The notes: generated by a model not told the origin, from the letters alone. A stretch of DNA of 64,000 nt from Thermoanaerobaculia bacterium (GCA_963816185.1 CAWFJJ010000028.1:128001-192000); one strand, 5' to 3'; numbered from the stretch's first letter, positions 20,598 through 31,100 are shown. Program-made: numbers and translations.

Positions 20598-21579
20598 TCA
20601 GGGCCGCGCGCTCTCGAGCCGCCGCACGTACCAGTCGACGCCGTCCTCGAGGCCGACGGGCTTCTTCGTGAATCCCTGCGCTCTCAGGCGCTCCATCTTC
20701 GCCTCGGTGAAGTACTGGTAGCGCGCGCGGATCGCCTCGGGCGTCGGGACGAAGACGATGCGTTCGGGCAGGCCGAGCGACCTGAAGACGCCCTTCGCGA
20801 GGTCGAGGAACGTGCGCGCCTTCCCGGTTCCGACGTTGTAGATCCCCGAGGTCACGGGTTTTTTCAGCGCGAACCACACCGCCTCGACGGCGTCGGACAC
20901 GTCGACGAAATCGCGCGACTGGTGTCCGTGGGGGATGTCCGCCCGGTGCGACTCGAAGAGGCGGATCTCGCCTTTCGCCTTCGCCTGGTCGTAGCCGTGG
21001 AGGACGACGCTGGCCTGCGGTCCCTTGTGGCGCTCGCCGAAGCCGTACACGTTGAAGAAGCGGAAGCCGGCCCACGAGGGCGGCGTGCGCCCCGCCGCGG
21101 CTTCCCCGAGCGCCCAGAGGTCGAAGCGGCGCTTGGACTCGCCGTAAGGATTCAGCGGCTTGAGTCGCGGCACCAACGCGTCCGAGTCGTCGAACCCGAG
21201 CGCGCCGTCGCCGTACACGGCCGCGCTCGAGGCGTAGACGTACGGAATGCCGAGGCGGCGGGCCCCGTTCCAAAGATTCTTGGAGTAGTCGACGTTGAAC
21301 TGCCGGAGAAGATCCTCGTCCAACTCGGTCGTGGACGAGATCGCGCCCATGTGGACGATGCCGGCGAGGGGGATGCGGGAGGACGCGAGCCACGGCGCCA
21401 GCTCCTCGACGTCGAGCCTCGTCCCGAAGTCGAGGCGCGCTGTGCTCAGGCCGGCTCGCGAACGCGTCCCGGTGGTCGACGCTGACGACATTCACGCCGC
21501 GAGCGTTGCAGGACTCCACGAAGCGGGCGCCGATGAAGCCGGCGGCGCCGGTGACGAGAAGCGTCTCGGCTGCGCTCAC
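20598..21579 (-). pseudogene. hldD: ADP-L-glycero-D-manno-heptose 6-epimerase-like SDR, frameshifted near 21435
   Basis: N-terminus VTGAAGFIG in one frame, HMGAISSTT / YASSAAVYG / YGESK / RFFNVYG in another; removing one base joins them. Confidence 0.75.
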
Positions 21580-21637
21580 CCGCTGATCCTACGGGATCTC
21601 GCTTGGCATCTTCACGTCTTCTTCCTATGCTCCGGCC

Positions 21638-22606
21638 ATGACGATCAGCGCGTTCCTGAAGCATCATTTCCGCCATTTCAACTCCGCGACTCTCGTGGAC
21701 GCGGCAGAAGCCTGGAAGGATCTCCTCGCGGGCGGCGGCCGGATGTTCCTGACGATGGCCGGAGCGATGTCGACGGCCGAGCTCGGGCTGTCGCTCGCCG
21801 AGATGATCCGGCAGGGGAAGGTCCACGCCATCACGTGCACGGGCGCGAATCTCGAGGAGGACGTCTTCAACCTCGTGGCGCACGACCACTACGTGCGTCT
21901 CCCGAACTACCGCGAGCTGAGTCCCGCCGAGGAGACCGCGCTGCACGGGCGGCACCTGAACCGCGTCACGGACACGTGCATTCCGGAGGAGGAGGCGATC
22001 CGGCGGATCGAGCGTGCTGTGCTCGACGAGTGGACCGCGGCGGACCGCGAGGGCAAGCGTTACTTCCCGCACGAGTTCATGTACCGGATCCTTCTCTCCG
22101 GCGTACTCAAGGAGCACTACCAGATCGACCCGAAAGACTCGTGGCTCCTCGCGGCGGCCGAGAAGGACCTTCCGATGTTCGTCCCCGGCTGGGAGGACTC
22201 GACGCTCGGCAACATCTTCGCCGCGCACTGCATCGAGAAGGAGATCAAGAACGTCCACACGGTGCGGACGGGCATCGAGTACATGACGGCTCTCGCCGAG
22301 TGGTACACCTCGACCTCTCCGAAGAATCCGGTCGGCTTCTTCCAGATCGGCGGCGGCATCGCGGGCGACTTTCCGATCTGCGTCGTGCCGATGCTCCACC
22401 AGGATCTCCGGCGGGACGGCGTGCCGCTGTGGGCGTATTTCTGCCAGATCAGCGACTCCACGACGAGCCTCGGGAGCTACAGCGGCGCCGTCCCGAACGA
22501 GAAGATCACGTGGGGCAAGCTCGGCGCGAAGACGCCGCGGTTCGTCATCGAGTCCGACGCGACGATCGTCGCGCCCCTCATGTTCGCGTTCGTGCTCGGG
22601 TGGTGA
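21638..22606 (+). CDS. Deoxyhypusine synthase-like protein
   Basis: AGAMSTAELG, TGANLEED, EDSTLGN, IGGGIAGDF, SYSGAVPNEKITWGK, ESDATIVAP. Confidence 0.9.
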   Translation: MTISAFLKHHFRHFNSATLVDAAEAWKDLLAGGGRMFLTMAGAMSTAELGLSLAEMIRQGKVHAITCTGANLEEDVFNLVAHDHYVRLPNYRELSPAEETALHGRHLNRVTDTCIPEEEAIRRIERAVLDEWTAADREGKRYFPHEFMYRILLSGVLKEHYQIDPKDSWLLAAAEKDLPMFVPGWEDSTLGNIFAAHCIEKEIKNVHTVRTGIEYMTALAEWYTSTSPKNPVGFFQIGGGIAGDFPICVVPMLHQDLRRDGVPLWAYFCQISDSTTSLGSYSGAVPNEKITWGKLGAKTPRFVIESDATIVAPLMFAFVLGW

Positions 22607-23526
22607 GCCGGGTGAGAAGGGCTGGTCTCCTTTTCCTTGCGGTGACGGCGCTCGGAGCCGGCGCCTGCCGAAAGAGCGAGCCGCCGAAGCCCGCCGCGGG
22701 CCTCGAGAGGCCCTATGCCCTGAAGGGCGTCGTCGTGTCAGTCGACCGCGCGGGCGGGAAAGTCACCGTCAAGCACGACGAGATCCCGGGCTATATGGAA
22801 GCCATGACGATGCCGTTCGCAGTCTCCGAGCCGAAGATCCTCGAGGATCTCAAGCCCGGCGACACGATCGAGGCGAAGCTCCTCGTCGGCGAACGCAGCT
22901 CGCACCTCGAAGGCATCGTCGTGTCGCGTCCGCCCGGCACGCCGTCCGTCCAGACGATCCCCGCGCTCGGGGACTACGGGAAGCCGGGCGATGCCGCGCC
23001 GGCCACCGTTCTCGTGGACCAGGAAGGAAAGCCGCTCTCGCTCGCGGATTTCAGGGGCAAGGCCGTGGCGGTGACGTTCATCTTCACGCGTTGCCCGCTC
23101 CCGGACTTCTGCCCGCGCATGAACCTGAACTTCTCGGAGGTCGAGCGCCGCCTCGCGACGGATCCGAAGCTCTACGGCGCCACACAGCTCCTCTCGGTCA
23201 GCTTCGACCCCGAGCACGACACGCCGGCCGTCCTGAAGGCTTTCCGGGAGCCGTTCCTGAAGGGAGTCCCCGACGTGGTGCCGGGCCACTGGCGCTTCGC
23301 CACGGGCACGCTCGAGCGGATCAAGGAGTTCGCGGGATTCTTCGGCCTCACGTACCTCAAGACGGGAGACCAGTTCGTTCACAGCCTCGCGACCGCGGTC
23401 ATCTCTCCTGACGGGAAACTCCTTTCGATCCGGCGAGGCAACGACTGGGAGCCGAAGGAGCTCGTGGATGACCTGAGACGAGCGGCCGCGGGCGAGAACC
23501 GACACGTCAAGGCGGCCTCGAAATGA
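22603..23526 (+). CDS. SCO family lipoprotein with N-terminal CusF-like copper-binding domain
   Basis: GTGA overlap; lipobox AGAC; KHDEIPGYMEAMTMPF; FIFTRCPLPDFCP; SFDPEHDTP; FVHSL. Confidence 0.88.
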   Translation: MSRVRRAGLLFLAVTALGAGACRKSEPPKPAAGLERPYALKGVVVSVDRAGGKVTVKHDEIPGYMEAMTMPFAVSEPKILEDLKPGDTIEAKLLVGERSSHLEGIVVSRPPGTPSVQTIPALGDYGKPGDAAPATVLVDQEGKPLSLADFRGKAVAVTFIFTRCPLPDFCPRMNLNFSEVERRLATDPKLYGATQLLSVSFDPEHDTPAVLKAFREPFLKGVPDVVPGHWRFATGTLERIKEFAGFFGLTYLKTGDQFVHSLATAVISPDGKLLSIRRGNDWEPKELVDDLRRAAAGENRHVKAASK

Positions 23527-24131
23527 AGGCGCTCCGGCTCGCGGTTTTCTGCGCCGCGGTCCTTCTCGGAATGCTGGGCCTTCACCAGCTCGTGTACGCT
23601 CTCATGAGCCGTGGACATGCCTCCGACCTGCCGATGCTGGGACACGTCCCCGATTTCGCCTTCGTCTCCGAGCGCGGCCGGCCGGTCGCCGCGCGCGACC
23701 TCGAGGGCAAGGCATGGATCGCCGACTTCATCTTCACGCGCTGCGGCGGCACGTGTCCGGCGATGTCCGAGAGGATGGCGGAGCTAGCGCGTACTCTGAA
23801 GGACGAGCCCGGCGTGGCGTTCGTCTCGTTCGACGTGGATCCCGAGCACGACAGCCTGGCCGACCTCGCCACGTATTCGCGCCAGCACCGGGCCGATCCC
23901 GAACGCTGGACGTTTCTGCGCGGCGAGAGCGCGGCCGTGCGCGCCCTCGCGGGCGAGGGTTTCAGGCTCGCGGTCGTGGACGGCCACGCCGACGATCCGG
24001 AGCCGATCCTTCATTCCTCGCGCTTCGTCCTCGTCGACGGAACGCGGGAGATTCGCGGCTATTACGACGGGCTCGAGGCCGGCGGCGTCGAGAAGCTCGC
24101 TGACGACGCGCGACGGCTCGCGAAGGACTGA
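23523..24131 (+). CDS. SCO family protein
   Basis: FIFTRCGGTCP, VDPEHDS, ILHSSRFVLVD. Confidence 0.9.
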   Translation: MKALRLAVFCAAVLLGMLGLHQLVYALMSRGHASDLPMLGHVPDFAFVSERGRPVAARDLEGKAWIADFIFTRCGGTCPAMSERMAELARTLKDEPGVAFVSFDVDPEHDSLADLATYSRQHRADPERWTFLRGESAAVRALAGEGFRLAVVDGHADDPEPILHSSRFVLVDGTREIRGYYDGLEAGGVEKLADDARRLAKD

Positions 24132-24149
24132 CGACCCTATACTCCGCGC

Positions 24150-24851
24150 GTGTCGATTCTCGAGGCGCACGGCCTCACGAAGACGTACCACGTCGGGAGC
24201 GAGAAGGTCGTCGGCGTCTCCGACGCCACTCTCGCTCTCGACGCGGGGTCCTTCACGGTCCTCGCCGGCCCCTCCGGCAGTGGCAAGACCACGCTCCTGA
24301 ATCTCCTCGGCGTTCTCGACCGGGCGGACTCCGGGACGCTCCTCTTCGAAGGGCACGACGTCTCGGGCCTCGATGAGCGCGCTCGCGCGCGGCTTCGCCG
24401 CGAGAAGCTCGGATTCGTCTTCCAGGCATACCAACTCGTGCCCGTGCTCTCGGCGGAGGAGAACGTCGCCCTCGCCCTTTGGATCCGGGGCCTCCCGGAC
24501 GAGGAATGCGCGTCGCGCGCTCGCGCGGCCCTCGCGGCCGTCGGCCTCGAGGGGCTCGAGAGCCGGCGGCCCGACGCGCTCTCGGGCGGACAGCGGCAGC
24601 GTGTCGCGGTGGCGCGCGCCCTCGTGGGCGAGCCCGTGCTCATCCTCGCGGACGAGCCCACGGCGTCGCTCGACTCGGAGACGGCGGCTCACCTTCTCGA
24701 CCTTTTCGAAGAGCTTCACCGCTCGCGCGGCGTCGCCTTTCTCTTCTCGAGCCACGATCCTCGCATCGTCGAGCGGGCGGAACGGCGCATCTCTCTTCAG
24801 GACGGACGCGTCGTCGCGGATGAGTACGCGCCTACTGGAGCACGCGCGTGA
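24150..24851 (+). CDS. ABC transporter ATP-binding protein (LolD/MacB-like)
   Basis: GPSGSGKTT, LSGGQRQRV, ILADEPT. Confidence 0.93.
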   Translation: MSILEAHGLTKTYHVGSEKVVGVSDATLALDAGSFTVLAGPSGSGKTTLLNLLGVLDRADSGTLLFEGHDVSGLDERARARLRREKLGFVFQAYQLVPVLSAEENVALALWIRGLPDEECASRARAALAAVGLEGLESRRPDALSGGQRQRVAVARALVGEPVLILADEPTASLDSETAAHLLDLFEELHRSRGVAFLFSSHDPRIVERAERRISLQDGRVVADEYAPTGARA

Positions 24852-26077
24852 GCCGTTGGGCGCGCTTCGCGGCGCGGAACCTCCGGCGCCACGCACGCCG
24901 GACTTTCCTCACGGGCTCGATCGTCGTCGTCGGATTCGTGGCGGTCACGATGACGTCGGGCTTCGTCTCCCAGACGTTCTCGTCATTGAAGGCGGCGACG
25001 ATCCGCGGGACCGGCGGCCACCTGCGCCTCCTCGACCCCAAGGCGGCGGGGAAGACGGACGACGAGGCGGCCGTCCTGATGCTGGACGACTGGCAGGGCC
25101 TCGCAGCCGTCGTGAAGAAGGACCCGCGCGTCGTCCAGGCCATGCCGAAGCTCTCGTTCTTCGGCCTCGTCGCGAAAGGCGAGAAGAGCGCGGCTTACAT
25201 CGGCACCGGAACCATTCCCGCGCTCGAGAAGAACGCTTCTCTCGCCTCCGACACGGTCGTATCCGGGACGTTCTTCTCGAATCCGGACGCGGACGACGTG
25301 ATGCTCGGCTCCGGACTCGCGCGCGCGATCGGCGCGAAAGTTGGCGAGCTCGTCACCGTGATGGCGACGACTCCCGACGGCTCGCTGAACGCGGTGGATG
25401 CGACCGTCGTCGCGGTGCTCTCGTATCCGATCAAGGAGATCGACGACCGGCTCCTGTTCCTGCCTTATGCGGCGGCCTCGAAGCTCCTCAAGTCCGAGGG
25501 GAAGGCGAACACGCTCGTCGTGCTCCTCAAGGACGACGCCGACGTGGATGCGGCCGCGCGCGACCTCGGCAAGAGCCTCGAGGCGGCCGGCCGCCCCGTC
25601 GTCGTGAAGACGTGGCTCGAGACGGCGGCGTTCTACAAGCAGGTCAAGCTCCTCTACATCGCGATTTTCTTCTTCATGGGCCTCGTCCTCTCGATCGTCG
25701 TCATCCTCGCCGCCGCGAACACGATGACGATGTCCGTCTTCGAGAGAACGCGCGAGATCGGGACGCTTCTCGCGATCGGGATGGAACGCGGGCAGATCCG
25801 GACGCTTTTCCTTCTCGAAGGCTTCCTCCTCGGCGCCGTCGGATCTGTGATCGGCGCGATCGCCTCGTTCCTCCTGCGGCTCGCGCTGAACGCGTCGGGA
25901 ATCATGCTGCCGCCTCCTCCGGGCGGAACGCGCGGAAACGTCCTGCACGTCGACTTCATCCCGCTCGCGTACGGAATCGGGTTCGCGATCATGTCACTCA
26001 CCCTCCTCATCGCCGCGTGGTGGCCCGCGCGCCGCGCGGCGCGGCTGAACCCCGTGGAGGCTCTCGGGCATGTGTGA
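24848..26077 (+). CDS. ABC transporter permease (LolE/FtsX-like)
   Basis: ARNLRRH, ERTREIGTLLAIG, PARRAARLNPVEAL. Confidence 0.9.
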   Translation: MSRWARFAARNLRRHARRTFLTGSIVVVGFVAVTMTSGFVSQTFSSLKAATIRGTGGHLRLLDPKAAGKTDDEAAVLMLDDWQGLAAVVKKDPRVVQAMPKLSFFGLVAKGEKSAAYIGTGTIPALEKNASLASDTVVSGTFFSNPDADDVMLGSGLARAIGAKVGELVTVMATTPDGSLNAVDATVVAVLSYPIKEIDDRLLFLPYAAASKLLKSEGKANTLVVLLKDDADVDAAARDLGKSLEAAGRPVVVKTWLETAAFYKQVKLLYIAIFFFMGLVLSIVVILAAANTMTMSVFERTREIGTLLAIGMERGQIRTLFLLEGFLLGAVGSVIGAIASFLLRLALNASGIMLPPPPGGTRGNVLHVDFIPLAYGIGFAIMSLTLLIAAWWPARRAARLNPVEALGHV

Positions 26078-26897
26078 GAAAGAGAAGAAAGAGAGGATTC
26101 TTCGAATGGTTAATGGGCCTTTCGGCGCGTCCGAACGCTGCCCGGCGCGAGCAGCCTCTGCGGCGCGACGCGTCCCATATTCCCTTCTAAGAAATATTCT
26201 CTTTCCTTCTCTTGCCTTTGCCTCCGTCTCTCGTGCGGACGACCCCGCGGCGCTGCTGCGCCGTGCGGAGCGCATCAAGGAGGCCTGGCCGGAGGTCGTC
26301 ATCACGCTGCGCGTGACGACGACGAAGCCCGGCGCAGCGCCTGCGGGTGGGACTTTCGCAGTCGAGGCGAAGGGCCGCGACAAGTCGCGCATCCGCTTCC
26401 TGAATCCGTCCGACGCCGGCAAGTCCGTCGTTCAGGTGGGAGACGAGGTCTGGCTCGTCCTGCCGAACACGCGCAATCCGATCCGCGTGCCGAAGAGTCA
26501 TCGCCTTCAGGGTGGGTTCTCGGCGGCCGACATGGCCCGCACGCGGTTCGTGGACGACTACGACGCGGCCCTGGAGAGGACCGACGTCCTGAACGGCATG
26601 AAGTGCGCCGTTCTGCGCCTCACGGCGAAGGCGGGGAAGAATCCGTCGTATCCGATCGTGCGCGTGTGGATCGACGAGAAGGAAGGTCTCTACCGCAAGG
26701 CGGTCTTTCTCGTCTCCTCCGGAAAGACCGCGCGGGAAACGACCTTCGACGAGTACCGTCCGTTCCACGGCGTCCTCTCGCTCGCGAAAATGACGATCGT
26801 CGATACGCTCCGGCCGGGAACGACGGTCGTCGAATACCTCGACTACGAGAAGAAGAGCCTGCCGGATTCAATCTTCGAGCCGAAGGCCGTGCCTTAG
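26070..26897 (+). CDS. Outer-membrane lipoprotein-sorting (LolA-like) protein with N-terminus overlapping a palindromic repeat
   Basis: Follows Lol-like ABC genes; IRFLNPSDAG, VWLVLP, GGFSAADM, VWID, LPDSIF pattern. Confidence 0.7.
   Translation: MCEKEKKERILRMVNGPFGASERCPARAASAARRVPYSLLRNILFPSLAFASVSRADDPAALLRRAERIKEAWPEVVITLRVTTTKPGAAPAGGTFAVEAKGRDKSRIRFLNPSDAGKSVVQVGDEVWLVLPNTRNPIRVPKSHRLQGGFSAADMARTRFVDDYDAALERTDVLNGMKCAVLRLTAKAGKNPSYPIVRVWIDEKEGLYRKAVFLVSSGKTARETTFDEYRPFHGVLSLAKMTIVDTLRPGTTVVEYLDYEKKSLPDSIFEPKAVP
26081..26212. repeat. Palindromic element with ~38-bp imperfect inverted termini
   Basis: Left AGAGAAGAAAGAGAGGATTCTTCGAATGGTTAATGGG; reverse complement of right arm AGAGAAGGAAAGAGAATATTTCTTAGAAGGGAATATGGG. 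Confidence 0.6.
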
Positions 26898-29059
26898 TGC
26901 GTCCGAGAGCCGGCCTCGGCGCGCAGGCGCGCCGCGTCGGCCGCGCGCCCGGCTTTCTCGTAGGCGTCGGCGAGCGTGCTTCGCGTGTCGGACGACTCGG
27001 GGTCGAGCTTGCGAGCCGTCTCGAGCTCGGAGATCGCCTCGCTGGTCCGTCCTTCCTCGAGGAGAGCTCGCCCGAATTGCCAACGCGCGGCGGCGTTGTC
27101 GCCGTCCAGGTCCACGGCACGTCGGAAGTGTTGGAGGGCGAGGGCGCGGTCGCCCTTGGCGCGGTAATGCTCGCCGAGGTGGACATTCCACCACCCAAGG
27201 GGGTCGAGCTCGAGAAGACGTTTGCTCAGCGCCAACGACTCGTCCCACCGCTTCTGGTTCATGAGGAGGTGCGAGTACCAGTGCAGGGCACTGAGGGAGT
27301 TCGCATCCAGCTCGAGGGCGCGCCGGAACTCCTTCTCTGCCGCCCGTTCGTCACCCGTGAGCATCGTGGCGTGGGCGAGGACGGCGTGGGCGTCGGCGAG
27401 GTCCGGATCTAGCTCGAGGGCCTTGCGCGCCGCGGCCTTCGCCTTCTCGTAGGCGTCCGGGACCGGGCGGCGGTTCGTGTAGCCGAAAACGTCCCAGGTT
27501 TCCGCGATCCCTGTCCACGCCTTTGCGTAGGTAGGGTCCGCCTCGAGCGCCTTTTCGAAGTACCCGAGACCCTTCTCGAGATCGGATTCTCTCCGCCCGC
27601 TGGCCCAGAGCTGATTCCCCCGAAGCCAGAGCTCGTAGGCCTCGCGGCTTTCGGTCTCCTTCCGAGCGAGCCGCGCGCGGTCCTCGCCCGAAAGCGGAAG
27701 CCGAAGCTTCCCTGCGACGGCGGAGGCGATCTCGGCGGGTAGTGCCGCGATGGTCTCGAGGGGGCGGTCGTACCGCTCTCCCCAAAGGTGACGCCCGTCC
27801 CGCGCATCCACGAGCTCGACCGTGATCGAGACGCGGCCCGACCGCCCGACGGCGCGCCCCGTCATGACCGCCCGCACGTTCAGCGCGCGGGCAGCCTCGA
27901 GCGGGTCCACATTGACGCCGGCGAACCGCGCGACCGCGCTCGAGGCCATTACGCGGAGGTTCGGAGCCTGCGAGACGCGCGAGATCACGGAGTCGGACAC
28001 CGAGGCGCACAGGTCGGCGAGTTCGGCGTCGCTCCCGGCACTCGAGAAGGGAAGGACGGCGAGAGACTCGATAGGGGAGGAGCCCCGTCGCGTGGCGAAG
28101 AGGATCGCGGCCGCCGCGGCGGCGGCGAGGACAGCTCCTGCCACGACCCAGCGGACGCGGCCGGAGCCTCGTGGCGGGAAGGGAAGAGACGGGGTCGTCT
28201 CCGGGGCCGGCACGGGACCGGAGCCGCTCGCAAGCGCGCGCCCGGCCGCCGCGACGTCGGCCGGCCTCTTTCCCGGATCCTTCTCGAGACAGCGCGCGGC
28301 GAGGTCCCGCAGGTCCGCGGGCGTGTCCGGCCCGAGAGCGCTCCAGTCGGGGGCGCCCGTGAGAACGGCGGCGAGCGTTTCCGTCGCGTTCCGGCCGGCG
28401 AACGCGCGCCGGCCGGAGAGCATCTCGTACAGCACGCAGCCGAACGCCCAGACGTCCGACGCCGGACCGGCCGGCTCGCCGCGCACCCGCTCGGGCGACA
28501 TGTAGCCCACGGTTCCAAAGGTCGCCCCCGCCTCCGTCAGCGCGGAAGCCGTCTCGGCCGCCGAGACCTCGTCGCGCGCCGCGGGCGCATTGCGCGCGAG
28601 GCCGAAGTCGAGGATCTTCGCCCCGTCCTGCGTGAGAAAGATGTTCTGTGGCTTGAGGTCCCGGTGGATGAAACCCAGCTCGTGAGCGCGCGCGAGCCCC
28701 CGCGAAGTCTCCCCGCCGATGCGCCGAGCCTCCGACTCGGGAAGCGGCCCGCGGTCGATGCGCGCCGCGAGCGTCTCCCCCTCGAGGAGCTCCATCACGA
28801 AGTACGCGACGTCGCCCTCGCTTCCCGCGTCGAAGAGGGTGCAGACGTTGGGGTGCGTGAGCCGGGCCGCGATCTTCGCCTCGCGCGCGAATCGGCGGAG
28901 GGCCTCGGGATCGTCGCCGTGGCGCGCGGCGACGACCTTGAGCGCGACGTCGCGCTCGAGCCGCGCGTCGTACGCTCGATACACCTCGCCCATCCCTCCG
29001 GCACCGAGCGGAGCGAGGACCTCATACGGTCCGAGGCGCGTCCCGGCCTCGAGGGTCAC
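26894..29059 (-). CDS. Ser/Thr protein kinase with TM segment, TolB-like domain and TPR repeats
   Basis: LGAGGMGEVY, HRDLKPQN, DFGLA; TM WVVAGAVLAAAAAAAILF; ESLAVLPF; RKALELDP repeats. Confidence 0.92.
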   Translation of the reverse strand: MTLEAGTRLGPYEVLAPLGAGGMGEVYRAYDARLERDVALKVVAARHGDDPEALRRFAREAKIAARLTHPNVCTLFDAGSEGDVAYFVMELLEGETLAARIDRGPLPESEARRIGGETSRGLARAHELGFIHRDLKPQNIFLTQDGAKILDFGLARNAPAARDEVSAAETASALTEAGATFGTVGYMSPERVRGEPAGPASDVWAFGCVLYEMLSGRRAFAGRNATETLAAVLTGAPDWSALGPDTPADLRDLAARCLEKDPGKRPADVAAAGRALASGSGPVPAPETTPSLPFPPRGSGRVRWVVAGAVLAAAAAAAILFATRRGSSPIESLAVLPFSSAGSDAELADLCASVSDSVISRVSQAPNLRVMASSAVARFAGVNVDPLEAARALNVRAVMTGRAVGRSGRVSITVELVDARDGRHLWGERYDRPLETIAALPAEIASAVAGKLRLPLSGEDRARLARKETESREAYELWLRGNQLWASGRRESDLEKGLGYFEKALEADPTYAKAWTGIAETWDVFGYTNRRPVPDAYEKAKAAARKALELDPDLADAHAVLAHATMLTGDERAAEKEFRRALELDANSLSALHWYSHLLMNQKRWDESLALSKRLLELDPLGWWNVHLGEHYRAKGDRALALQHFRRAVDLDGDNAAARWQFGRALLEEGRTSEAISELETARKLDPESSDTRSTLADAYEKAGRAADAARLRAEAGSRTH

Positions 29060-29072
29060 GGTTCGGGCACCG

Positions 29073-30551
29073 TCATCGGCGGGAGATCGCGGCCACGCCC
29101 GCTTTCCTCGGTCTCAGCGCGACGTAGAGGCTGCCCGCGGCGAAGAAGCCCACGAACCACGCGTAATCGTAGAGCGGCGTCAGAACCGGGATGACGAGGC
29201 CGCCCCACGCGAAGAAGCAGCCCGCGAACGTCGCGACGACCGCGGCCCGATTCCAGCCTCCGTAGACGCCGTCCTTCAGGTAGAGCGCCCTGAGGTCGAG
29301 CGTCTTCTTCTTCACGATCCAGTAGTCGGCGATGAGGACCCCCGCGATCGAGCCGAGGCCTCCCGAGTAGCCGAGCAGCCACGTGAAGATGTAACCCTTC
29401 GGATCGGCGAGGAGGCGCCAGGGCTGCATCGCGATGCCGAGGAGGCCCGTGAGGAGACCTCCCGTCTTGAAGCTGATGTACCGGGGGAGCGCATTTGCGA
29501 AGTCGTTCGCGGGCGATACGACGTTCGCGGCGATGTTGACGGCGAGCGTCGCGACCACGACCGAGAACATCGCGACCGCGACGACGAGCGGATTCGTGAA
29601 CTTCCCGACGAGCTTGACGGGATCCCAGATCGCCTCGCCGAAGATGATCGCGCTCGCGCTCGTGATGAGGACGCCCATCGCCGCGAATGCGAACATCGTG
29701 GTGGGCAGCGCGACGGCCTGGCCGACGATCTGTTCTCGCTGGCTGCGCCCGAAGCGCGTGAAATCCGGCATGTTGAGCGAGAGCGTGGCCCAGAACCCGA
29801 TCATCGCGGTGAGAGAGGGGACGAAGACGGGGAAGAATTCGCCGAACGTCGGAAACTTCCCGGGTTGCGCGAGCAGCGGGCCGAGCCCGTTCGCCTTGTT
29901 CACGGCCCACACGAGAAGAACGATCGTCACGACGAGGACGTACGGCGCGGCCCAGTTCTCGACTTTGCGGAGGAGATCCATGCCCCGGTAGATCACGAAG
30001 ATGTTCAGACCCCAGAAGAGAAGGAACGAGAGCCATTCCGTCGTCGTGTGGCCGGAAAAACCGGCTCCGAGGAGCGCCGGCCAAGGCGGGAACACCGCGG
30101 TGAAGAACGTATGGAGGGCCTCCCCACCGATCCACGTCTGGATGCCGAACCAGCCGCAGGCGACGAGGGCGCGCATGAGCGCCGGCAGGTTCGAGCCCGC
30201 GGTACCGTACGCGGCGCGTGCGAACACGGGAAAGGGGATGCCGTATTTCGTGCCAGGATGCGAGTTCAGGAGGATCGGGACGAGGACGATCGAATTGCCG
30301 AGGAGGATCGTGAACAGCGCCTGCTTCCAGTCCATGCCGCTGTTCATGAGGCCGGAGGCCAGCATGTACGTCGGGATGCAGTGCGCCATCGAGATCCAAA
30401 GCGCGGCGTAGTTGTACGTCGTCCAGGTGCGGCGCGCGACCGGAATCGGGGCGAGGTCCTCGTTGTAGTACGGGCTCGCCTCGAGCGCGGACGTATCCGC
30501 CAGCTCGACGCGGCCGTCCGCGTGGGCGATCTCGCCGGTCACCGCGCTCAT
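29073..30551 (-). CDS. NCS1 nucleobase:cation symporter (uracil/hydantoin type)
   Basis: YNEDLAP, GTKYGIPFPV, ACGWFGIQ, LNMPDFTRF, NIAANVVSPAND. Confidence 0.93.
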   Translation of the reverse strand: MSAVTGEIAHADGRVELADTSALEASPYYNEDLAPIPVARRTWTTYNYAALWISMAHCIPTYMLASGLMNSGMDWKQALFTILLGNSIVLVPILLNSHPGTKYGIPFPVFARAAYGTAGSNLPALMRALVACGWFGIQTWIGGEALHTFFTAVFPPWPALLGAGFSGHTTTEWLSFLLFWGLNIFVIYRGMDLLRKVENWAAPYVLVVTIVLLVWAVNKANGLGPLLAQPGKFPTFGEFFPVFVPSLTAMIGFWATLSLNMPDFTRFGRSQREQIVGQAVALPTTMFAFAAMGVLITSASAIIFGEAIWDPVKLVGKFTNPLVVAVAMFSVVVATLAVNIAANVVSPANDFANALPRYISFKTGGLLTGLLGIAMQPWRLLADPKGYIFTWLLGYSGGLGSIAGVLIADYWIVKKKTLDLRALYLKDGVYGGWNRAAVVATFAGCFFAWGGLVIPVLTPLYDYAWFVGFFAAGSLYVALRPRKAGVAAISRR

Positions 30552-30587
30552 GGGGCGGCGGAATCGTAACCCAGGGGATCTCCCGGA

Positions 30588-31004
30588 TCAGCCTTCCGGC
30601 CGGACGTACGTCAGGGTGTGGTGCGTGAGGAGCGTTCCGGTCTTCGTCAGACAGGACGCCTCGCCGTACGTCGAGCGCCGGCCGGCCCGGAGGACTTTCG
30701 CCCGGCAGACGAAACCCTCTCGACGGGCGCTCCTCAGGAAGGAGGTCTGCATGTGACTCGTGACGGACAGATCCGCGAGCCCGGTTTGCGTCTTGATCGC
30801 GAGCCACATGGCGACGTCGGCCGCCGTCATGAAGACGATGCCGCTCACGATGCCGCCGGGGCGCTCCCACTCGCGCCGGAACGGGACGTCCAGAGTGCAG
30901 ACGCCGTCCTCGATGGACTCCACGCGAAAGCCGAAGGGCCGCGTGAACGCGTTCTCATGGGAAAGAAGGGCCTGCAATTCCTCCACGGTGACGGCCGAAC
31001 TCAT
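30588..31004 (-). CDS. PaaI-family hotdog thioesterase
   Basis: MSSAVTVEEL...RPGGIVSGIVFMTAADVAM...TSFLRSA...VLRAGRR. Confidence 0.8.
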   Translation of the reverse strand: MSSAVTVEELQALLSHENAFTRPFGFRVESIEDGVCTLDVPFRREWERPGGIVSGIVFMTAADVAMWLAIKTQTGLADLSVTSHMQTSFLRSARREGFVCRAKVLRAGRRSTYGEASCLTKTGTLLTHHTLTYVRPEG

Positions 31005-31100
31005 CGGAGCCTCCGGGGTGAGGATACCGAGGCGGCTCTCGCCTTTGTTTTGGATTCGGCCTAAGCTAAAAGTTCGTTCTTCTCGCGGGGGAGGTCGTGG

